Below, in pieces: positions 39,063-52,645 of a DNA stretch of 64,000 bases; positions within the stretch are counted from its first letter, which is position 1; every line of letters starts with the position of its first letter. The position numbers and the translations under genes are program-made. This stretch comes from Pelomyxa schiedti (Eukaryota > Protista > Evosea): the NCBI GenBank assembly GCA_020536535.1, contig JAHLWZ010000848.1, positions 1 through 64,000 of the forward strand, read 5' to 3'. The notes beneath the pieces were generated by a model, which saw nothing but the letters and a program-made list of their open reading frames with translations, was not told where the DNA came from and searched no databases.

Positions 39063-39758
39063 AAGTTTGTTGTTTTTGTTTAAGAAAACTTCCCAACATA
39101 CAAAGTACATAGGCGTGGTGAAAAGAAAGAAATGAAGTAAAAAAGCTATCAAATATTAGTCTGGCTTAGGCTAAGCAATGAGGCTTTTTCACCAGCGAGT
39201 TGTGCAACAACCAAAATCAAGGAGTCACAAGATCATTGAAATGCAACCAAAGGGGTGCCTGAAATACGCATTTGTCTTGTTCAAAAGAACCCAGGAAGGA
39301 ACGAGGGGCTTCTAGCGGCAGTGAAAATACCTATTCACGGCACTGTTAAAACCAATTGCGCTACTACTATTACATGTGTATAGGGCGACACAGAATACAA
39401 ATTAAAACGTGAATGTGGTTATTAGACGCATACACCCACTCACATCAGTTCCAAAGCCAGTGAGGGGGAAAAAAAAGTTCAAAAAACACTCAGGGCGAGT
39501 AGTGAGTACCGTGAATGGCCTCTTGGTTGTGAAGCAGGATTCCAGTAGCAACAAATACAACGGACACAATCATTATCGTGTATCGCACGCACTGCTCCTT
39601 GGTACTTCGCTCCTCCGAAGGCATCTTTCCTTCTTGTTGTTCTTGTTATTGTTGTTGTTTTCGTTTGACCGTCAAACAAGAAACGGTGGCGATCTGATCA
39701 AAAACTTTTTTTTTTCCCCCCTTTGTTGGGTGCCTGAGGTTCAGGGACAGAAGAAGAA

Positions 39759-41095
39759 TCAGAAGAGGTTGGTGACATCGAGGGGTGGTGGTTTCGTGGG
39801 ATCTCTTGTGAGGGACAGGCACTTCCTGGGGCACTTTGAAACGCACACACCACAGCCAAGGCATTTTTGGGAGTCCACTTGTGCACCTTTGGCCTTGTCC
39901 TGTGCAGAGATAGATATTGCTCCAAAGGGGCAGGCTTTGGCACACACTCCACAGCCAATGCACTTTTGGTTTTGCTTCTGATCGCTGTGATTTTCGCTTT
40001 CGCCGTCTTTGTCCATTTGGCTGTGATCATTTCGGGGGTGAGAGTCTGTGCGAGTTGCTACATAGCCTGAGGATATAATGTTGGTTGCACCGTGGTTGAT
40101 CATAAGCTCAATTCCGGCACAGCAGCACTTGCAGCAGTTGCAGAGCGCAAATGCCTGGCCATTGACCGCGTCCTTGAACCACACGCTGTGGACGTGGCCT
40201 CGGGCGTGCTCGGCGTCGAGAAGCTCAATGGCTTCTTGTGTGGAAAGCCTCTTTGTGGGCTTTCCAAGTTTGGCTGCAACGTCAACAAACGTTCCTAGAA
40301 GCATGCACACCTTATTTCTGTGAGTTAGGTATTATTCAGTTAAATGTGAGCAAATATTCGAGTATTGCATCATAATAGGAATTGAACATATTTCCCATAA
40401 AAAGTCCGAATGATAAAGAGTTCTTTCCATACGTCTACTGGTTCACAATGATGTTGCCGGCTGGCACGGCACGGACACTGAGCAACTGCAATTTTCGGCG
40501 GTCCTTCTAGCACGAGACTTCTGGCAATCTCATAAGGAATGATTTTCTCCCCAAGGTCATGACAAATAGCGCTTTCATGGGTTACTAGTGCCTAAGATAG
40601 TTTTATAATTATTTGGTTGCATTTAAACAGGTTTTTTCCTTGGGTACCTTGGCGTCCTCATGAGTAAGAGTCTTGCCGTGGTAAGTCTCTCCCATAAACT
40701 GCACCATTCGACTAGATATAAAATGGGGAAGGTGCTTTACCAGCCACAAACCCACATGAAGGTAACTAAGGTATCCACAAGGCAGCTCATAAGAATTCAA
40801 GAAGTAAAAGAGTCATAATACATAATTAAGGGAAAAGGACAGGTCATTGTACACACAACAAAGTAAACTTTGTGAACACAACCAAGTGCAGAGTTTGAAC
40901 AATGCCGGCGCCTCTCCACACCCTACACACCAAATCAGCAGCCACAACGCATCCCACAATAAGCCTCACCAGAAGACGCAAAAACGTCCTACTTCCCAGT
41001 AACGCTCCACACACTAGCACATCAATCACAACTCCACTATTGATGACTCCTCGTGGTTGCAGTCGTTGGGGATCCCCTCTGTTCTTAATCTGCAT
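39759..41095 (-). CDS. Prokaryote-type multi-Fe-S (4Fe-4S dicluster) protein; start uncertain
   Basis: YHGK, IIPYE, CPCR.....C....VC, CNCCKCCC and two CxxCxxCxxxCP motifs; interrupted by GT-AG introns. Confidence 0.85.
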
Positions 41096-41223
41096 GTTGG
41101 AAGAAACTGCAAGATTGATCTGACGTGGCTCAACAAATAAACCCGAGAGCGTAAAATAACGAATTTATTTCTGTTGAAGGGAAAAACAATTGTGTTCCGT
41201 TCCGTTGATTATGTTATTCCGTT

Positions 41224-41846
41224 GTGCACTGTAGCCATCCATTAGTAGCCGATCTTGCTTGCATTCATTTTCTGGGATTGGCTTCAGAACAATGAAAATG
41301 ATGGAATCGGGGCACAAACCTGGCCTTGGCTCTCCCTTTTCTCGCAGTAGTACGAAACGAACTTCATGATGCACTGTAAGTGACCCCCTTGTAATATGAT
41401 AAGAATTAATAAAAGTGTGGGAAGCAGAACCTTTGGTGTAGGAGCGGAACGGAATTGCTTGCTGAAGGCTATATAGGCTGATGAGAGATGGTTGGGGTTG
41501 ACTTGTTGTTGTTGCTGCTGGGGGTTGGAGGAAGTGGTTGTGGGTTTTGAGAGTGTGAAATGTGGCCATGTTTACTGGCCGATTTGAGAGGAGCCATGTT
41601 TACTGGCTTTTGGGGAGGAGAAAAAGTGTACTGATATACCTTGGACACCTTTTTGCAGAGAGTATTTGGGGGTAAGTATGACACTCATAGTGCACTGTAG
41701 CCATCCATTAGTAGCCGATCTTGCTTGCATTCATTTTCTGGGATTGGCTTCAGAACAATGAAAATGATGGAATCGGGGCACAAACCTGGCCTTGGCTCTC
41801 CCTTTTCTCGCAGTAGTACGAAACGAACTTCATGATGCACTGTAAG
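41224..41846. repeat. Perfect 157-bp direct repeat (41224-41380 and 41690-41846) around a 309-bp spacer
   Basis: Both copies read identically from gtgcactgtagccatcc to catgatgcactgtaag. Confidence 0.92.
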
Positions 41847-43736
41847 AGTTGTACCGTATTTGGTGTGAGAAATACTAATCGTACCAAAACCGCGTTTGGT
41901 GGAGGGGTTCAGTTGCGCGTGGTAGTGTTGCGTTCATGGTTTAAAGTCCGACTTGTTGTTTACACTTGCGATAATACAGTTGGTGCGTCGGCAGTCGTTT
42001 TATGTTTTTTATGTTTTGGATTGATTTACATTTAATAGCGTTAGCCTTTCAGAAGGTGACATATTAGCAATTGCCCTTAGAAATAGGATAGCCTTTTGGA
42101 TAGCAGAAGTCACAGGACTTGACTGTTCCTAGATACATGCAACAAGGTCACGTGGACAACACTGCACATTGTGGGCACTGCCCCAGCATTGGGTGCTCTA
42201 TGCCTAAGGGTCCAATCACATACTCCTGAGAGATCTGTACCTGCAATCTACAATCATTTTTCGGTGCGGGCAGAATTGGAGTCGGGGACGCGTGTCGGCG
42301 TGCAGGGGACTGAGGATTCGTGACGTAATGGAGTTGGGGGCTGTGAATGTTGACAACCACGCAGGCAAATGTAAGCAATGTGTCACAACTATTTCAATTT
42401 CCCCGACGGATCTTGCGGCACGCCATGCATGCTGGTGGGTGAGGGGAGAATGTAAGATCCCCCCACAACGACATAAAACAAACAGAACAGCGAGCACCAC
42501 TAAGTCAATCCTCGTGGGAGTGTGTGTCCGGGTGGGTCGGCGGCTGTTCAACTCTTGCTTGTGACTGTTGCAGTGGAAGACACTGGTTTGTGTTTTTGAT
42601 GGTAGGCCGTTGGTGGGCGCGTTTCCACAATTTCAACAGATTTCCTGCCTACAAGTGTCATTCGATGACCACGGAGTAAAGGGCATCCGCAGTCACAAGA
42701 GAGGATACGTGGTACAGCAACAGGCGGTTGGTGCATCAAAAACAAACAACCGAAGCTTCGAAGTCATCAAATATTGTTCCAAGATCACAACCTCATAAAC
42801 AATAACTTCAGCCCTTCTCGAGCTACCATTTACTCCCCCTATGAAAATACTTGTGGTACCTATCTCCCACTATCCCATCACAACTTGGCGTGTTGATGCT
42901 TGGTCCACTAAGGACATCGAGTGAACCACTCAGAGGGAGTGTATACTATAAGTTGGGTGTCAGTGTCAGTGGAAGTCATTTGCCCGTATTACAGTTACTC
43001 AAAACAAAAAACCAGTCCCTTCCAAAGGTAATGCATTCCCAGCTATAGGCGAGTGCTAACTCGTTTGACAACCACAGGTGAGGAATTAGCTTTATTTGTC
43101 AACACAGGACCTTAAAGGTTGCCGGTTTTTTTGTGACACGTTGACTCGATGTTGGGACTTTATTCATAACAGCTTCCTCTGTGACCTTTATGGTTGCAGT
43201 AGTGATTTCACGTACTACAGTTGTCCTCCTCTGTGCATATAATTCCTCAAAGCCAACTTACTAATAACCAGAATTTACTTGCCTGTCTTTAAAGCACTGA
43301 GAGGACGATTCAGCCGCCCGGATCACATGTTCTCTCTTTACTTCACCCGACGGAAACTATGACAGGAGTTTTGCATCCTCTACATTACAAACAATTCTCC
43401 GCTTTAGTGATTTCTCAATAGCGAGTGCCATGTAGCAGGCCCACTTTGCCCCCAACACTTCCTGGCCCCACAGCACCCAACAACCCTCGAGTAGTGCCGC
43501 AGTCTGAAGCCCAAGCAACACAACTCACTCCAGTGTTTTTAAGGGCTGCTCACAGATTCGTTCATCACTATTTTCAAAACTGATCAAAAAAAAAGAACTC
43601 GTCGTGCCATGGGCCAGCGACAGTCATCATTACACAACCAGCCCATCGACAACGACTGGGACTACATTCTCATCTAATTGGCAATCCAGAAATGTGTAGA
43701 ATGAACAAAACAATAAAGTCTGGAATAGCGTTTGGT

Positions 43737-46700
43737 TTAAAGGGAGGAGGTTGGCGTTGTGGGTGTAGTTGATTCGGTGTTGGTGGTAGCTTTACTACAT
43801 GCAAGGAGTAAGAACTCCTCACCAAGTGCCTGGAGAAGGTCTCTGATGGCAACCCTTACATCCAACTCTGTAGCTACAATACAAGCTACCAGGCAAGGGT
43901 AGAGCTCCAGCATGTGGTAGTGTGAACACGAGGTGGTGGAGTGTGAAGTAAGAATGCCGCGGGTATCGCCAGAAACCTCGGGGGTGAATGCGGACGGCTC
44001 GGTGCGGAGGCTTTTCAACAAGGTAAGAACACACATAATCTCCTCGACTTCAGACCTATAACAAATATCAGTCGGTTGGCAGGGATGTCACAGGAGGTGG
44101 GGATGTCTCTTACAGATCATGTGGTTTCGGTTTTGCTTGTGTGAACGCGCCTATTACATCCTTGCAGAGTTTTATGACTGCAGGTGTGAAGATCTTAATT
44201 ACGTGCACGGGCTGTTTTTCTGTTGACTGTGGTTAGTCAAAGAGATAATAGGAAAGGTAGGAGAAAATGGTTACCGGGATCACACAGAGAGAAGAGGTTC
44301 TCGTAGCAATACTGCGCAAAAGTTGTTCTGACTTTGACAGAAAACAAATGACAACCTTGCAACAGTAACTGCAGTAAATCTTGAACTGGACTTTCGTGGC
44401 TAACACATATTAGAAAAAATATTCAAAATGATCGAACTGTATACCCGCCACTTGTAAGTGTTACAACAATTTTTATGTATTCATTGAAAAGTGCGAAGTC
44501 TTGCTCTTTGTCTTCAGCTGTGATGACGTAACCTCTGGGACAAGTTAGCCAATAAGTATTAGACATGGCACATGTACGCTGGGTAAAGGAAATCCTTTAT
44601 TAGGCCTGCGAGGTTGGTCCAAGCAACCTCCCTTATATCAGTAGAAAACTCAGACATTCGATTGATGGAATCCAATCCAGCACCAGCCACAGACAAGAAG
44701 CCCGTGTGTGCTGGTTTCCACAAAATGGAGTCACGTTTGCCATTGCGCAGGCGCTGGGCTGAACCCACTGTCTGTTTGTTGCCCATTAAATAGAACGTTG
44801 CAATATTATTGATGCATACAGTAATAACCAAGGAGAAAACTTTTCCTTGGAGATCAGGAGACAACGTGTCAAAAAGAGAGACAACTCGGATGATGCACTC
44901 AGCACCAATATTTTGAAGGAATGGTGAAAGTTTAGCAACGGTAGTTGGCACAAAGGAGCTAGTTAGACCACGGTTAGAACTTGGTTTGATTAAATTTATG
45001 TTTATAGTTGGGGAAGTAGTCATTCACCTTGCAACAGGAATACCAAGATACTCGCACACAGCAAAGCAGTACAGTGCCACGGCTTCCTCTGTTATAGGAT
45101 CTTTTTCTTCATGTACCTTCAGGAACAGATCTATCAGTCTCAAAGACGCATTTTGAATTGGTGTGAGGAGGTTTTCGTCTTTGTATTCAGAAAAGTCCAC
45201 AACGATGAGGGATTTGAGTATGCCCATCATCCTGATGTGTCTTAGTGACCAAAAAAACCAACCCAAGCCAAAAAGGAGTGACGTGCCTAATTACATCAAG
45301 TGTGGTTATAAGATCATGGCACTCTTGGTACAGCGCAGTCATACAGGAAACTACTGCAGCGACTGGGGGATTCTTTGGTAAATACTTGCCCTAAAACAGA
45401 GATAAATAACAACGAAGAAGGGTTACTGGCTTCTGGGGGGGGAACACCTTGGAGGAATAATCCTTCACAAAGTTCTGCATAACTTGCCAAGATTTTTCCC
45501 AAAGTTCATGTGGGAGTTTCTCCATAAGTATCTTGTTCATGATTACAAATAATTCCCTGATTGTGCACTATTTCGAAGTAAGAATGGCAATTTGCTTCCA
45601 ATTTGCAAAAGCAAAGAATTTCACACCTCAGCAACCTCGCTGCTGACAGGGTGCTCGTTAATGCTCTCGATATACTCTATCAACCGCTCCAGGTACTCAA
45701 GGAATTTGGGGAGCAAGCTCAATTGCTCGAACATAGACTATTGACTTGTTATACTTGCGGAAGCATAAAAGGTCAATGTGTGCCTTAAAGACTCTGTTGA
45801 CTCCACTGACAATTTGGGTTAAGGTTTGGTCCCACTGCTTTTGATTACTGTCACGCGAGTGGTGCATAAGCCTGTGTGTGTGGAATAGTTAGGGAGGAGT
45901 GCTGTGAATCGTCTGCAGCCTTACATGGGTTGAGCTTTTGCGCCCACAGTGCCCTGAGTTAAATCCTTATTGCAAGCGGTATGACACAACTCTTTCACTG
46001 CCACCAACGTCGGGAATACAATCTGATATTTTTAAAAAATGTTATAAATAGAAAAATAGCAAGTGGCGAAAAAACAAACATCAGAGAGACAGGGATCCCA
46101 AATTTCGGCTGGGAAATTTGCCCCGTGAGTTGTCAGGGTCTTCAGCAATGTTGAAAGGCCGGATGTACGCACATCAGCTCGTTCCTTGCAATCCATCAAA
46201 TGTTTAACAGCAAAAAAAAGGTGGGGATACATCCAAGACGATCTTCTTCAACTCAAAGAAAAGACCCACCCATAGTTCTCGGTAATTCTCCGTGCCAGTT
46301 ACTCCTGAGGTCAGTTAGTGTGGTCTGTGGGAAAAAATAAAAGAACTACCATTCTCTTCCGATTGGGCCTTTCTCTGAGACAGGGAATCAGCAATATTCC
46401 ACAAAATATCACCTACGAAGGGAAAATAATTATGAGTCGGAAACTGGGAATTTTGTAAAAACCAGAAGTGAGGCTGATGTTAACATCCGCTGTCTACTTT
46501 CGAGTTAATAATTTGCATAAAGGAAAAATTCTATGCCATACTTGGGAAGCATAAAAGCCAATTGTTAGAATGTACATCCCGAGGTATTCTAAAAGTGGTG
46601 AGAGGGGTCAATAAATCAACTCCAGAAGGGATACCAGCTGGTAGGATAGGCAAGAAATCACTGTTGATAAGAGAGACATTGGCAAACGCTTTCGCAACAA

Positions 46701-49700
46701 ATTTATCAGAATCTTTGGCCTCTGTTCCTAAAATATCCAGAACAAGCTGCCATCCATTTGTCAGCATTTGTCCCGCAGTTTGAATCAGCTTTAGCAAAGA
46801 CTCGAGTGCTTTTATGTGCGTATCAGGAAACGGGGAGCGGATTAACTCTTGCAGTGTCTTGAGAAATTTCACCTGCACGGAATCAGCATAAAAGAGTTTG
46901 TCAAGAGGGGGAAAAGACAAACAAACCTGCATCTTAGCTGATAATGGTGTCTGATCAGAAGCAGTCTCACTTGGGACGTGTCGCATTGCAGCTAACACTA
47001 GATCCAGGTAAGAAGTGAGAATGAAGGAACGGACTCCAGAGTTCTGGGCAAGTTTTCAGAAGGTGAAACCAATTTCCATGTTGTAACCTTGTGTTTAGTA
47101 ATTTCACCAATGTGCCCACAAAAACAGTCCCACAATTCATCCAGACGACCAACATTCAATTGAGCAACACTCATCAATTTTAACAGTGAGAAATTGAGCA
47201 CTGGCTATATGTATGGAGTCAGTGTAAGAAGTTTGTAATTATTTGGAGTATACCATTGAAGATTCAGGGCTATCAACAACTGTCATAGCTTTAAGAGTTT
47301 GACCAGAAAGTCTGATGTTGTAGTTTCTTAAAAGAATTCCGATTTTTTGTTGGGTACTTACAAAACGAGGTGTTGGATGACACAGCAAACGCTACTTGTT
47401 TCCAAGTTCACTGTAGTTTGCCAGATAGTGTTTATGGAGTCTTTAATGATACCAATATCAGAGTGAGAAGTATCCTAGAAACGGGTTGTTAGGTTGCTTT
47501 AGTTCAAACAAAGCTCATAAACACTTTTTCAGCCGGGTGGCTTGACAGAATCAAATGAATTTGTTCGATGGTCTTTAAAATCAGACCCCAGCTGCTGTCT
47601 AAAATGTTTCCCATTCCATTGGCTATATTGAGGAGAGTCTAAAGTTGTGTTGCTTCTCTCACTCGGATAAGAATGAAAAAGACCTTGATACACTGAATAT
47701 TCTTGAAAGTGAACAGATCAGGCTTATTTGCCTCCGGCCTTCCTTTTTCTGATGCTTCTGGTTGCGAGGCGGGCATACAGGCCCTAAAACCAACAAATAA
47801 AAAAAAAAGATTGCGGACAGCAAAAGTGGCAAAAAAAAACGCACTTGCATAGCAACGTAACAAATGTTTCACGGGGCTTAATAAGTTGGTATGTTCCAAG
47901 CAGGAAAACCATATCCTCCATGACTTTAAATAATTGCTGCAATTGGTATTAGAAGAGCTTGAAATTTTAAAGAGCACGACCAAACAGAAGGATTCTTCAT
48001 GAACGCGTTTTAGTGCTCCACCTATTGCGTTGTAGACGACGGGGGCAGCGTCTCCAACCATGAGGGAAAACAACTGTATTACAACTTCAGTGAGAGGAGT
48101 TGCAGGGAGGTCTCCGTACCTTGTAGCTGTCTGGGTGTGCTTGCAGAGTTTGAGTGAGCTTGGTGAGGGAGCTAGTGAGGGTAATAAGTCCAATCAAGCC
48201 AATGTAGCAGCGGTAGCTGTTGGATATCACTGGTGGCTGTGTAACTGTAAGTTTGTCCAAACTGTTGAAAATTAGTCGTCACCAGGATGCCACAAACTAA
48301 GAAGGATACCACTTATTTCTGGAATTGGCGCCATCTTCAATTGAGAACTGGCCCCAATCCAACTTGAAGGACTGTTGGATAAAATGTCCAACAGCTTCCA
48401 CCATTTCTTTGTAGAGCTTGGTCTCTTCACTTTCTTTCGCATCACATTGAGAATAGATTGCACTAAGCTTGTGAGTGTGCCAAACAGAAGAAAAAGAAAT
48501 TACCTCAGTAAAGGTTTATCAGAGAAGAATTGCCGGTAAACCTCGAGTACCAATACATGAAGCCAGATGGGTGCCTCACTTTTCATAATCTTAGACAATC
48601 GTATGAGTAGAACTTCCGTTTCACTGATCTGCACAGCGTATAAGTACCAACAAATACACTTCACCGTTTACATAAGTTGATGCGAAGTGAACAGTGAAAG
48701 TAGACAGTAATCTTAGCAGCCTCACTGCAAGAAGGTAGTCATGGGAAATTTTCAGGAAACTTCGGATCATAAGTTGGCAAATTCTGTCTGGAAGCAATCT
48801 GCTGAATTCCGGCATCTACTTTGAAGTAAATATTAACATCGACTTCCTCACCAACCTTTGAGAAAAGGGTGTGATGTGTTGATAGTATCATGTCAAGAAG
48901 TTCGAGGCCAAAAGTAGGGAGAAGAGTGGAAATATGTAAAAAGGAGGGAATATCTCCACACATCAGAGAACATATGTCCTGTATGTGTCTAAACTGTAAA
49001 TTCAACTTAGGTTGTAGGTACCTCAGTGAGTAGGAATGCATCTCTGGCACATGGTTGAAGTGACGCCACAACAGGATTCATGACCACAGCCCTTGACGAT
49101 GGAGCAGGGATCATTTTCGATGTGGGCTTGCTTGGAGTGGGTGCTTTTGTAGTCTTTGTGTCAGCAGTTTTTGGTGTTTCAGCCGGCTTTGAGGTGGCTG
49201 TTGCGGTGTGTTTAGGTGTTTCAGCGGCAGTTTCTGTAGTGGCGGCGGCGGCGGCGGCGGTGGTTGTAGTAGTGGTACTTGTTGTGGGTGCAGGTGGTTC
49301 CTCAGGCTTTTTCTCATCCACAGGTGGTGTTTCTGTGGTTGGGCTGGAACTCTCTGCTTGCGTGGTTGTATGCTGCTGATCACCTAAATCACTCGAAGAT
49401 TGATTATTGGAAACTCCATGTGAGGAAGACTCAGATTCATCGGTTGTTTTTTCTGTGGTCTTGGTGGGTGTAGAGACAACCTCAACTACATAGAAAATTA
49501 AAGGTTTTGTTTGCGGGAAAGATACAACCTGGCTCAGGGGAGCTTCTCTTAAGTTCGTCAACTGCTCTGTGTTATATTATTACTCCCTATGTCTCAATTT
49601 TGTTGCCAATAACCTTTCAAACAATGTTGAAATCATCACTGGTAAGGTATGCGCAGCAGTCGATTTCACTGCTGGAGCGGCTCGTGCATGTAGTGTGAAG

Positions 49701-50311
49701 CTTATATCCAAAGACTGAAATGGTTTACAACAAACTCAATTAAGATAAGGGAATTACCCGTGCAAGTAATTCACCATGAAGATTTTGGTTTGAGGACACC
49801 AGCGTTGTGATTGCAGACAGTGCCTTGACTTGCAGCTCCTCTGGGACCTTCTCTCCTGTGAGAGAACTCATAAGGGTCAATAAAACCGTCAAGTTTTTCT
49901 GTCAGTGTTAATCATGAGCCTAAAGATTCTACCCACCTCTGACACTGCATTGGCAGAAACGAGTTTTTGAATTAATAGTATTCCTAATGATAACAACCGC
50001 TGATTTTTAGAGTCAAACGACAACTTGATAGGATCAATGATCTCTTCAGCTGAAGCAATTTCTTTGTGGTGTGAGGTTTTTTCCTTATTTTATTTATACG
50101 ATTCACCTTCTATCCATTGAGCTTGGTCCAATTTTCCCATTGAACTAAGTTTGAGAACTGCAATTTCTGCGCTCTAAGCAAATACTTTGTAAAAACGACA
50201 AAGGGGTGCATGAAGGGAATAGAAAAAAACCTGTTTAATACTATTATATTTCTTTCCGGCTTCGACGGAAATCGCCTTAAGGTCGCCTTGTAACAGAGTG
50301 ATCAAGTTCAT
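43737..50311 (-). CDS. MON2: Mon2 (Sec7-family scaffold: DCB/HUS/Mon2_C)
   Basis: N-terminus MNLITLLQGDLKAISVEA.KKY..IKQ.AE; FGLELL; KNIQCIK; LMHHSRD...KQWDQT; ELYPCLV.CI...VR.AIR..L. Confidence 0.9.
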
Positions 50312-50530
50312 GTCGAATGATCTTACGCCGGAAAGAAAAGGAGGAAAAAATGCCGCTATGTCGTAGGCGTATGTCGCCTCACCCTTTTTTTTATTATTTG
50401 CAAAAATAGATCAACAATCTCCAAAAAGAAAAAAATTGACTGGGGGCTCTCGTCGATTCTGAGGAAAAAGAAAACTGTAGAAGTGTGCATCAAGTTACGT
50501 GAAGTTCTCTTGTTTGTGGGTTGTGGTTAT

Positions 50531-52460
50531 CTAGATAGAGCCTTGTTGGCTCTGGGACGTTGTGAGCTGGTCTAATGTGATTTGCTTCTTCTTGTTGGGT
50601 TTCCCACCCTTCAATGGGGCATGAAAAAGGGAGTACAATCTTTCAGCCTTGAGACCAGCGTTTGTTTTTTGTTTAGGGACAGAAGATATTTGTACCTTAC
50701 GTGGTCCAAATCCAGGACAGGTGGACAGTTCTTCAATTGAGGCAGAAGCTATGCTCGACAGAGACTGGATTTGGAATGAGAATTGGGAAATACGGAAATA
50801 ACTTACACCAAAATGTGTTGCAAGAGTGACTACATCTGTTTTGTTGATAAACCGGCAGGATGTCAAGACCTCTGTGAGCTTGTGGAGGGAGTGAAAAAGA
50901 TATTTTTAACGAAAAACCAATAATAAAATTAATGGAAAAAAGAAACCTAAAAGTTTCTCACCCTTTGAAAGTAATCATCTGAGCTGGAAGCCAGCCGTTC
51001 CTTTATGATGTCGGCTGGCTTATTTTCATATAGTTTGTAAGTTTCAATATACCTAGCACATTCCTCTTTGCTGGTGTCGATTAAAAAAAGAGGCATGGAT
51101 AAGAGGAGTACCTCCAAGAGACTATCATTGTCATGGAGCCAGCGAAACATATTTTGGTTAGCTCTTTGATTGATTGTGTGGAGTCTTCCTTCCTGTGTGT
51201 TAAAGGAAGGTTTCTGTTGTATACTTACAGTGTCAACTAGTACAAGTAACAGACGCAATGCGTATCCCTTTCTGAGAAATAATTGAGAGTGAGGAAAGGG
51301 TAGTCATCGAGGAAACCAACAATAGATCTATCCTTGTGGCAATGTATTTGGGATGCAACATGTGGTAACGCAAACTGGTGGATTGTGTGGGAGAATAGAA
51401 CAATCAGAAAGTAGAATTACCTTAAGAATAATGCTACTGTGGAGTCACTGATTTGAAAATCAGCAACAGTTTCTCCAAAAACCCATGCCACATTTTTCAG
51501 TAACTTGCTCATAATCAATGGGGAGATAATAAAACAAAAGTTGAGGGAAACCTTCATCATTCTATTACTTTCCTACAGAAAGTAGTTGAAAATTAGGAAC
51601 GAACACAGTGAGAAGAAGCTCGCTTAGCACACCTGATTTCTGTTAACAATAATTGTAGGGTGCCCCGGCCTTGGGTTGCCCTGCAAAACAGTCAAGGGAG
51701 GACTTGTTGATTGAGGCGGCGGCCTGCTGCTCACAGGCAACACAGGCACCGTCGCAGCAGCGACCGCGGCGTGATACGCAAATGGCTGAAGCGAGCGAGC
51801 ACCCTCGCCGGGAGGAGCAATCCTCGGCAGTTTGCTGCCCCCCCCTGAGCTCGAGTTCGGCGCTGCGCTCAGAGTGCCGGCGCCATTCGCACCAAGCGGC
51901 GGGGGTGGCCGAGAGGAGTTTGCTGCCGCGCAGGAAGCGGGCTGTCCAACAACCACAACGGAGCGGAGACCACTGCCCGAGGCACCAGTGCCGCTCGCAC
52001 TCGAAAAGTAAGGCGACGTGATCGCAGTGTGGTGAGAGCTCTTATCGCCACTGCAACTGGAGTGACTGTGGCTGGTGCTGCTACTGCTGCTCACACACGT
52101 AGTAGAAGTTGGTGAGGGGACTGAGCAAGGCCCCGAGGACGAGGGCACAGAGGGAGTGGTGGTGACGGCCGCGAGATCGTCGTGAGACGAGATGGAGATG
52201 GCGGCGTCGGCGTCCGAGGCGGTCGAGGCCGAGGCCGATGCGGTGGCGCCGCTGCCGCCGGGTGTGAATTGTAGCTTGGGGGGAGCCGCTCGGTCGCGAA
52301 GCAGCTCGTCCGCGGTGGGAATGTGCACCGTGATGATTTTCCTGTTGTGGTGTGCACCAGTACTTGCACTGCTGCACGACCCAGGCGGCTGCTGAGGAGA
52401 AGTAGTGCTTGGTGCCACTGCGTCTGGTGGGTCGTCCCCACCGTTGGATGCCGCGCTCAT
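50531..52460 (-). CDS. ERCC1: DNA excision repair protein ERCC1/Rad10
   Basis: IIVN.NQ, ALFLSLRYH.LHP.YI, LLLVLVD, EECARYIETYK.YENKP, HhH CPGFGPRK..RL. Confidence 0.92.
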
Positions 52461-52645
52461 TTCACCAGGAACAGATCTCCCCAGTGAGGATCACGTTGCT
52501 CTGAACAAGTCCATCTCAACTGACACATTACCCTTCAATCCATCTCCGAGCACACTCCTCATGTCTGGGATTTGTCCAAGGAAACTCAACGAGCTCTCTG
52601 AGTGCCTGTTAAAACGACCAATCACTTGAAAGGAAAAAAACCGAA

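Noticed and set aside
41224-41380. H/ACA or C/D snoRNA reading of the 157-bp unit
   Set aside because: Box-like words exist, but the hairpins and spacing are unconvincing by eye.
41478-41485. CTGATGAG plus nearby CGAAAC, suggesting a hammerhead ribozyme
   Set aside because: No stem II followed by GAAA directly after the CUGAUGA core.
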